Assembly: GCA_965116685.1 (NCBI GenBank)
Contig: OZ220707.1
Location: 1,811,655 to 1,875,654 of the forward strand
DNA: 64,000 nucleotides
Reading direction: 5' to 3'
Source of the DNA: Rhodothermales bacterium
GTDB lineage: Bacteria; Bacteroidota; Rhodothermia; Rhodothermales; Bin80
The position numbers were made by a program, and so were the translations under genes. Below, piece by piece: positions 50,301 to 55,251 of the stretch. The stretch's first letter is position 1. Every line of letters begins with the position of its first letter. The notes beneath the pieces are model-generated. The model made no database searches. It was not told where the DNA came from and saw nothing but the letters and a program-made list of their open reading frames with translations.

Positions 50301-51338
50301 CGTGTACACGGTTGCACTCACAACATTCCATGTGCCTTTCGTGCCCCCGTCCACCCTCACATCGTTCTTTTTAAAGCCCGTCACATCCTCTAACCATGTA
50401 AATTTTGCCGTGAACGGAGTCAGGGTTTTGATCGTCGCGGGGACATCGCTGATCGTCACCGTTGGGGCGCCCGCATCCCAAACCGCCGTCTTGAACACAT
50501 CAGCCGGGCCCGTATTGCCGTCATTATCCGTCACAGTGCCCGCCGTCACCGTCACATCGCCATTGGTGGGAGGGATTGCGTCAGGGTCAGGACCGTTTGG
50601 CGTAATCTCCAGCGTATATGTAAGATCTCCACTAACACCCGTAAAATCTCTGAGTCTGGCAGTGCTACGACCACGTACTGTATTGATTTTCAATCCCTCA
50701 ACTGCTTCAAGTGTATGCCTCCCCCCCCCCATTTTTGCGTCTGAACTACTCCAGACCTCGTCCCTCTCAGACAGGAGTATCTCTGAGTCCTCCATCACCT
50801 CACCACGACTATCTGAGTTTACGAAGAGACTTGTCCCACCCGACTTAACCACAGGTTTTGGGACGAATACTAAACGATGCCGATCCCCAACCTCCACGAC
50901 CACATCATCAAACTTGCTTCCATCACCCCCGTCCGCTTTAAAGGCGCGTTCTTCGTCAAGGATCACCTGCGTCCCAGTATAATGGGTCGTACAGTTATTG
51001 TTGCCTGGATCCCTTACTGCAACATCAGCATCCCATCCTCCGAATTTGTTCTCTCTGAAGACTATGTGGTTTGAATGAGAAACTCCAGAATCAGAACAGA
51101 CGATTGCTTTCTGTTCACCGTTATCGTCATGGTTCAATCCCCCGCCCTCCAGTCCAGTTGAAATAACCCCAGGGGCAGACCCCAATTTTATATCAAAAAA
51201 ATCAGGGTTCAATTTCTCTTCCGTTGTCGTATATCCTGAATATCTGAATCCATGGTCATTGACCCCGTACGACTGCGAGTAAAGGACTGTCGGACACAGT
51301 AGTCTAGGTAGAACCATTGCTACGATCAGGATATGCAT
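41364..51338 (-). CDS. Giant autotransporter-type adhesin: about 22 Ig-like modules, Calx-beta and related modules, C-terminal beta-barrel translocator
   Basis: Repeated roughly 97-aa modules (P-T-V-x-I...INSTTAFTATF.W.E.VTGF...DV.V.GG.KG.F......YTL.ITP...DVVVTV.AN...D....GP......A.WDA). Calx-beta-like blocks (ANGTAVKDEDYEA...DDETFTVAL; STDGTAESGLDYTA; TQDGTAKAGEDYEA). Last roughly 330 aa fit an autotransporter beta-domain pattern (SVWGRGAFRQF...MLGADYRW...VNVRGSLQY). The start is uncertain: ATG 51338 (MHILIVAMVLPRLLCPTVLYSQS) is used here; ATG 51425 and ATG 51317 are alternatives. Confidence 0.75.
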   Translation of the reverse strand: MHILIVAMVLPRLLCPTVLYSQSYGVNDHGFRYSGYTTTEEKLNPDFFDIKLGSAPGVISTGLEGGGLNHDDNGEQKAIVCSDSGVSHSNHIVFRENKFGGWDADVAVRDPGNNNCTTHYTGTQVILDEERAFKADGGDGSKFDDVVVEVGDRHRLVFVPKPVVKSGGTSLFVNSDSRGEVMEDSEILLSERDEVWSSSDAKMGGGRHTLEAVEGLKINTVRGRSTARLRDFTGVSGDLTYTLEITPNGPDPDAIPPTNGDVTVTAGTVTDNDGNTGPADVFKTAVWDAGAPTVTISDVPATIKTLTPFTAKFTWLEDVTGFKKNDVRVDGGTKGTWNVVSATVYTLEIMPDGAANVVVKVKKNAASDGTNDGPTAPVTATARWDASPVVNIVFPSSRINSTALFTATFEFDEDVQDFAISDVTVTGHDVLGSLTRVDDDTYTLEITPNGNEDVEVTVKANSVKDSDDNPGPSSAVTETVKWDDVPPKVVGVTGVPVKINSRTPFDVTIKFSEALDGDGAYANVRFGGTSSHSRTSSHGITRTWRLTPLGGQDVVVAIDAHALSDGINTGPASNVKARAVWDADAPTVTIGVPDEINSTTAFTATFAFSEPVFQFVSEDVEVTGGTKGTLSGSNFTTFSLLITPDGPQTGTNGNVVVRVNKDAATDGLNPGPTTAVSKTAIWNATPTVKITGVPSTINSTTAFTATFTWTEPVTGFKKNDVRVTNGTKGTFTPNPSDASLYTLKITPTGPQTGTNGDVEVKVKASSATAASSNMGPSSDVAATATWDAAPTVAITGVPSTINSTTAFTATFIWSEAVTGFDATDVSVAPSGAKGTFTAVSATEYTLGITPTSGSDVVVTVDANSGTDATLNTGPATDETATATWDAAPTVTITGVPSTINSTTAFTATFIWSEAVTGFDATDVSVAPSGAKGTFTVVSATEYTLGITPTSGSDVVVTVDANSGTDATLNTGPATDETATATWDAAPTVAITGVPSTINSTTAFTATFIWSEAVTGFDATDVSVAPSGAKGTFTVVSATEYTLGITPTSGSDVVVTVDANSGTDATLNTGPATDETATATWDAAPTVAITGVPSTINSTTAFTATFIWSEAVTGFDATDVSVAPSGAKGTFTVVSATEYTLGITPTSGSDVVVTVDANSGTDATLNTGPATDETATATWDAAPTVTITGVPSTINSTTNITATFTWSEAVSDFLTGDVTVTGGTKGAFTAESGIEYTLVVTPTSGSNVTVEVAANAATDGVNRGPASEVSKMAIWDAAAPTVTITGVPSTINSTTNITATFIWSEAVSDFLTGDVTVTGGTKGAFTAVSGTEYTLAITGDGCTGSGDKVTVTVEEDAAMDLSSNLGPLSRVTAEAECDMTVPGLSSIDIPATINTTDPFTATFVFSENVTGFEAGDVTVTGGMGDLFTVSEEWWKYTMEITPDGNANVVMTVEVDAVTDGANTGPLERMSKTAVWKDAPTVAITLDKPRINSVVDITATFTWTEAVTDFDATEAIDVTVMGGTKGAFTGTGDTYDLVIKPDGDVDVVVTVKANAAMSSSNRGPINDVTETARWDAPTVSIGIPGTINSTANIRASFMFSESVIGFDPTDDTDVTVTGGTKGVFTGTGNIYDLVITPDGGADVVVTVKANAATGGFNNPGPINDATETARWDAPTLDIIAPATISSTAAFPARFKFTEDVTGFDDADVTVTGGSKVQNSFSMVDASEYTLQITPNGNVDVVVTVRAGAVTVRGHSVPASAQSETVRWDAIPTLSINVPGTISSTATFPARFKFTEDVTGFDDADVTVTGGSKVQNSFSMVDASEYTLQITPNGNVDVVVTVRAGAVTVRGHSVPASAQSETVRWDAIPTLSINVPGTISSTATFPARFKFTEDVTGFDDADVTVTGGSKVQNSFSMVDASEYTLQITPNGNVDVVVTVRAGAVTVQGHSVPASAQSETVRWDAIPTLSINVPGTISSTATFPARFKFTEDVTGFDDADVTVTGGSKVQNSFSMVDASEYTLQITPNGNVDVVVTVRAGAVTVRGHSVPASAQSETVRWDAIPTLSINVPGTISSTATFPARFKFTEDVTGFDDADVTVTGGSKVQNSFSIVDASEYTLQITPNGNVDVVVTVRAGAVTVQGHGVPASAQSETVRWDAIPTLDIIAPATISSTAMFPARFKFTEDVTGFDDADVTVTGGSKVQNSFSIVDASEYTLQITPNGNVDVVVTVAANSATNGVNTGPASEVSATAVWDAEADNAIVTNLSVALNFVEEGKSVTVTATLSDAQDTDVTIPLTVANGTAVKDEDYEASPPVQITINAGETRGNYSISTVADKIAEDDETFTVALGPLPSELANGEQSLVKVTIIDDDEAGINTPPSVSVVEGGTQTFQITLTSKPLSEVTVMMTLPTGSLLTYSPPHLTFSPADWDMAKSVTLTAGEDDTDFSSNFETLTVTANGGGYEEIAYIPVTITDNDAPGIDVRDRVTVPEGGSEELKIALARSPSGPVVVTITRNTNPDLMLDRFSLTFTTADWQTPKTMTLTATEDDDFETDSGILLLTASGGGYDELIPITITVTIAENDAAGLVVEEAVTMEEGGTHPLEVRLLAQPSGPVTVTFSGHAGTDLSLSDTPLTFTTSNWNQAQTVTLTAAEDEDYETDTIELNLAASGGGYNGEEAPVTVTITDNDERPGPLTITIYDKRELEDAGAIQLPIELSRPTDVVVTVQYASTDGTAESGLDYTASRGIVIFDPGATQGVIEIEITDDEIPESTETFAVTLLKPQNAIIARGTGTGTILDNDGGTAILRVEDALVQEEEGMVRFQVSLSHPQRQMISAAYRTQDGTAKAGEDYEAASGVVTLAPGTLDAMIAVPLLKDGLDWQEETFTVHLESSENAEIAKAVGVATIQAATTVSQEALEAYTARFVRTSATQVVEALGDRFRGADGTACGAATRAEMSRLWYSASSWDPSLGELLGGCRMSATSYSGSFSVWGRGAFRQFNGREDDGLTLDGEVTTGMLGADYRWKGGWLAGVLLSHSQGEGSFAAAQESGEITAGLTGVYPYVSVARAGWEVWLSAGAGRGQAEVLELDGDLTSRFGAMGVRGTLVSNSTIGLNYHGDVLVTDAEIEAHAVTAEVYRVRAGVEANARINNVLRPYVEANVRSDGGSAETGVGLEFGGGMRIAYPAWRLKADVHAQGLVMHTAAGFSEWGISGFVQVGNRSEGLMMRVRPSWGLGQGMSLYGQQTIRDAAPMGTGVHRTELELGYGIPWKDGTARSIMGVTQLSQGRMYRLGGELHPWERLTFSVFGLAHSRTASLGDIGVNVRGSLQY
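44580..46325 (-). repeat. Six tandem 291-nt coding repeats (97-aa Ig-like modules), the four central units near-identical
   Basis: The marker GATCGCATCCCA recurs at 44871, 45162, 45453, 45744 and 46035, an exact 291-nt spacing. Shadow ORFs recur at 44919/45210/45501/45792/46083. Confidence 0.9.
47791..48966 (-). repeat. Four tandem 294-nt near-identical coding repeats (98-aa Ig-like modules)
   Basis: GTTGGGGCCGCATCCCAGGTCGCC recurs at 47791 and 48085 and then at 294-nt steps up to 48967. The protein shows four copies of APTV(A/T)ITGVPSTINSTTAFTATFIWSEAVTGFDATDVSVAPSGAKGTFT... Confidence 0.9.
50721..50730 (-). repeat. Homopolymeric G10 tract (C10 on plus strand) inside the adhesin coding region
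   Basis: The plus strand reads TGCCT-CCCCCCCCCC-ATTTTT. The coding strand reads AAA ATG GGG GGG GGG AGG (KMGGGR), about 200 codons from the start. Confidence 0.9.
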
Positions 51339-51427
51339 CGCAGTGTATCCCGTGGAGAAGAGCGACGATCGCTGGACGGGATTGCGCATTTGAGTGTGGA
51401 TGAGAAGGCGTTTCAGCTCGGGCATAT
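51333..51427 (+). mobile_element. ISL3 copy 2, internal fragment (equivalent to 40321-40413 of copy 1); 5-prime third of the IS absent
   Basis: ATGCATCGCAGTGTATCCCGTGGAGAAGAGCGACGATCGCTGGACGGGATTG(C/T)GCATTTGAGTGTGGATGAGAAGGCGTTTCAG... shows 2 mismatches to copy 1. The antisense strand supplies the first 29-30 codons of the listed 3353-aa ORF. Confidence 0.8.
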
Positions 51428-53430
51428 GTAGTGTCTGTCCGAGAATACCATCGCATCTCTAAAATGTGCCTTTATGCCCTCCTGTGTCTGGATTTTGTCG
51501 CAATTCTCTCCATTTTTTTCTCGCCGATTTTTTTAATTCCTCTCGGGGGCGGGTGATTTTCAGGAAAATCCACAATCCCTGAAAAACCTGTATTGGAAGC
51601 ATCCCAAGGCGGTTTTTACTCTGAATTTATTCTTCAGATTTGTCGATCCATGCCTGGATCATGGGAGTATAAGTGGAACCGGGCCGTTCATCTTCAACTT
51701 TTTTTTGCGATGCGAAAAGCGTATGACTTTCAATTATCAATGGATTGCATCTCCATGGAGGAGATCCAGCTTGATCCAAGAAGCCGGGATGTGATTCAAG
51801 TATTTCTGTATGGGCTCCGACAAATTTTTCTGGACCTCCCGACCCGATTGAAGTTGATGGATCTTTTGGAGAGGTATAAACCGGGAACCCGTAAGAATTG
51901 TGGGCGCCCCGGAATGGACGTGTGGAATATCTTGGTTTTGGCCGGCCTGAAGCAGGCGCTGCATTGCAACTATGATCTTTTGACCGCTTTGGCGAACCAT
52001 ATGGATATTGTGCGGCAGATGCTGGGGCATGGAGCGGACGATCGGACCCGCTACACTCGTTCCGCCATTCATGATAACGTATCGGCACTGTCCCCCGAAT
52101 TGCTGGTGCAGGTCAATTGTTTGGTGGTCAAACTTGGGCACCGAATGGTCGGCAAACCCGAGGGCGAGACGCTCAAATGTCGGTGCGACTCGAAACCGGT
52201 GAAGACCAATGTTCGCTTTCCGACCGATCTGCTCTTGCTCTGGGACTCGGTACGTTGTCTGATTCGTGTCAGTGCGAAGGTGGGCAAATCATTTGGGATG
52301 GATGGTTGGCTGCAACACCAAAGTCTGAGCAATAAGGTCTACCGGGAATATAGGGCAGCTCGGAAGGGTCAGCGGCGTGACTACAAACTCAAGAACGTTC
52401 GCAGATATCTGCGCAGCAGTCGTGCGATGGTCAAAAAATCTCTTGACCTTCTGGAGCAGATCAATGCACTGGAGCAGGAGATTTTGGCCCGTTCCGGCCC
52501 CCGTTCCAATGCAGATCAAGCCACTTTGCAGGAAATTTTTGAGGCCAAACAGGAACTCTGTCTGTATCTGGACTACATTGCGCGATTTTCCGATCAGATC
52601 CAGCGCCGCATCTTTGAAGGAGAGCAGATTCCTACCCACGAGAAAATCTATTCGATCTTCAAGCCGTTCACGCGATGGATCGTCAAGGGCAAGGCAGGAA
52701 TCCTCTGCGAGTTGGGGGTCCCGGTCGCGGTGATTGAAGATGAGGATCAATTTGTTTTAGGCTACGGGATTCTTTGGGAGGGAACCGACAAGGATATTGC
52801 GATTCCCCTGGTGAAGACCTTGGAGGCACAGTATCCAGGGATCTCCATGACCTGCTCGTTTGACCGGGCGTTTTACAGTCCTGAGGTGCGTAAGCAGTTG
52901 GATGAAAAGCTGGAAGTTACGGCCATGCCGAAGAAAGGGGGGCGGACCCAAGAGGAACAAGCACGTCAGAATGACCCGGCTTACCAGAACGCACGGAAGG
53001 GGCATGCCGGAGTAGAGTCCTGCATGAACCATCTCAACCATCGGGGCTTGTCACTGGTGCGTGAGACCAGCAGCGAAAGCTTCGAACGTGTGGTGGCAAC
53101 CTCGGTATTGGCCGCGAACATCCACCGGTTGGGGACGCTAGTGCGAGATCAGGAACGAAAGCGTCTCAGACGTCTCCAGAAACAACGCAAGCGATTGCGG
53201 CGCGCGGCGTAGCCATCCCGCTTATCCGAGGAAGAACATCAAGTGGCTCGTACGGGCGGATGCGAGAGGTGTGTCCAGTAGATACGAAATACCTGTAATA
53301 CAGAAAAATCCAGCACAAACAAGTGTCTCAAAAACGACCGCCCCACCAATAATCAAACGGATTGAACCAAAATGAACCCCAATATCTCGGAACAGACCCG
53401 GAGCACAGGCATTTTCTGGACAGACACTAC
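51428..53430 (+). mobile_element. ISNCY-family insertion sequence (copy A) nested inside ISL3 copy 2
   Basis: Terminal inverted repeats GTAGTGTCTGTCCGAGAATACC (51428-) and GGCATTTTCTGGACAGACACTAC (-53430). ISL3 homology resumes at 53431 exactly where it broke at 51427. Confidence 0.8.
51710..53212 (+). CDS. ISNCY-family DDE transposase (copy A)
   Basis: MRKAYDFQLSMDCISMEEIQLDPRSRD..., GRPGMDVWNILVLAGL, CDSKPVKTNVRFPTD, EKIYSIFKPFTRWIVKGKAGILCELG, CSFDRAFYSPE and RKGHAGVESCMNHL. This pattern matches ISNCY transposases as I recall them. Confidence 0.8.
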   Translation: MRKAYDFQLSMDCISMEEIQLDPRSRDVIQVFLYGLRQIFLDLPTRLKLMDLLERYKPGTRKNCGRPGMDVWNILVLAGLKQALHCNYDLLTALANHMDIVRQMLGHGADDRTRYTRSAIHDNVSALSPELLVQVNCLVVKLGHRMVGKPEGETLKCRCDSKPVKTNVRFPTDLLLLWDSVRCLIRVSAKVGKSFGMDGWLQHQSLSNKVYREYRAARKGQRRDYKLKNVRRYLRSSRAMVKKSLDLLEQINALEQEILARSGPRSNADQATLQEIFEAKQELCLYLDYIARFSDQIQRRIFEGEQIPTHEKIYSIFKPFTRWIVKGKAGILCELGVPVAVIEDEDQFVLGYGILWEGTDKDIAIPLVKTLEAQYPGISMTCSFDRAFYSPEVRKQLDEKLEVTAMPKKGGRTQEEQARQNDPAYQNARKGHAGVESCMNHLNHRGLSLVRETSSESFERVVATSVLAANIHRLGTLVRDQERKRLRRLQKQRKRLRRAA

Positions 53431-54136
53431 GTATGCTACCATTGTCAGTGATACGAAGCGTGGTGTGGTGCTTGATGTCGGTGAAGGTCGGGACAAAGTT
53501 CGTGCAAAAGCGCTGTTAAACCGCCTTTGGGGGGATAAAAAGGCACAAATAAAGACCCTCACCACCGATATGTGGAAGACCTACATCGCCCTGGCCAAGG
53601 AGGACCTCCCCGACGCAGAACTCATTCATGATCGTTTTCATTTGGTCAAATATCTCAATGAGGGGATTGATCAAGTACGTCGCAGAGAGGTGAAGCAACA
53701 TGAGGAACTCAAACACAGTCGTTATGCGCTCTTGAAAAATGAACAGAATCGAACCCAAAAACAAGACGAGATTTTCAAAGTCATCCAGGAATCCAACTTG
53801 CAGGTCAGCGTTGCCTGGCGATTGCGAGAGGAATTCAAGGCGATCTTTGAATGCAGATCATTGTCCGATACAAAGCAGTACTTCCAACTTTGGTTTGAGA
53901 GTGTGAAAGAAGCAGCCGTGAAGGAGATCATGAAAGTGGCGGAGATGTTTGAACGACATCTCACAGGCGTGTGTAATGCCCTTTGCCACGAACAATCCAA
54001 CGCCAGAGCATGCAATGGGAAGATTCAGGAGGTCAAAACGATCGGCAGAGGATACAGAAAATTTGAAAACTTCCGATCGGCGATTCTTTTTTCTGCGGCG
54101 ATTTAGACCTCCATCCATAACATTCACGGTAGAACC
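53431..54136 (+). mobile_element. ISL3 copy 2, 3-prime part up to IRR
   Basis: Collinear with 40416-41122 of copy 1, with about 8 amino-acid differences over about 235 residues. A T-run indel near the end changes the C-terminus. Ends ...CACGGTAGAACC at 54136. Confidence 0.85.
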
Positions 54137-54143
54137 ATCTCCG
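54137..54143. repeat. Target-site duplication, right copy (ATCTCCG)
   Basis: Identical to 39844-39850, directly abutting the ISL3 IRR. Confidence 0.7.
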
Positions 54144-54950
54144 GTTCACTAACCGGTCCTGCAAGAGAGCGGAGACGAACCCTGCTATTCACATGAGCGG
54201 CAACGTCACGTTCATTGGGCAGCGCTTCAACGTAGCTGGGAGAAGCGACCACGGTGACCGTTGAGGCATCCCTGTGATCAAAAACACCAGTTCATATTCA
54301 CAGACATGAAATACGAGTCCCCCATCCGGCGTTGAGACCCCCACCGCCGGATTGAAACATTCGCGGTCCACGGCATCAGCTAGATCCGTGCGCTCCCACA
54401 GAACCTCCCCGGAGGATGCATCAACTTCTTGGGGAACATAACTGGGCTGGAATAATCCTTCGCTGAAATCGGCAGGCGTCGGCGTTACCAACTCAAAACC
54501 GAGCAAATGACCACCACGTAGTAGGGTCAACTGGAAACCGGATGGCATACGTGTCTCCGACATGAGATTGCCATCCGGGCTGAACAAACTCAGTCGCCCT
54601 CCCCCGACCCCAAAGTCCAACGCCGCTACATGACCGGCCCGGCCACGCTCAATCCCGGAGAGTGCCTCTAACTCCCCCGGCCCTCTACCCTTTCCCCCGA
54701 ATACGGTGACGGTGCCCTCAACCCTGTCCATACAATGAATGCAAGCCTCATAGGAGTCGGTTACGCACACAATCTCTTCAGACAAGATTGCTATGTGGTT
54801 GGTGGTACTCATCGGAGCACCACTTGAGGCGAAGGGAGAAAATGCAATGGTCTCCAGCACATCGGTCCCCTCCGATGCGCATCCGGTGACAGCCAATAGA
54901 CAAAAAACGGCGGCCACCGGGGAACACAGCACCAAACCAATCTTCAACAT
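54137..54950 (-). pseudogene. N-terminal fragment of the split beta-propeller lipoprotein gene (also carries one frame break near 54278)
   Basis: Lipoprotein signal MLKIGLVLCSPVAAVFCLLAVTGC and a FGGKGRGPGEL motif typical of 6-bladed beta-propeller (NHL-like) lipoproteins. From about 54279 a second frame (HRDASTVTVVASPSYVEALPNERDVAAHVNSRVRLRSLAGPVSEPE) reads straight into the fragment at 39851. Confidence 0.65.
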
Positions 54951-55251
54951 GATCGTCTCTCTGAACATAGTAAGGAATGAAAGAAACCTTGTGATTCCTT
55001 TTTTTGCGATTCATGTGGAGGCTTGATGAATTTGGGGACCCACGCAAATATGAAAGCATCAATGGCGTAGTTCCAAAGGCCCCGTCATGAAGTCCAAGAG
55101 CAATTACAGTCTTTATTTGCAACTCGGCGAGTACTTTCAGCACATCTTGTTGTTTCTTTTTGTTACTTTAAGGGCATAACTCCTTAACTTGGACCTTTAA
55201 CCAGAACGGTTCTAATAGAGCCTGCATGATTCCTATCGCCTTCTATCAACG

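Noticed and set aside
51307-51315. GGTAGAACC 9-mer identical to the ISL3 right terminus, 18 nt from the ISL3 fragment
   Set aside because: There is no similarity beyond the 9-mer to the subterminal IRR sequence. A 9-mer match is expected by chance about once in 128 kb of two-strand sequence. It lies inside the adhesin coding frame (MVLPRL).
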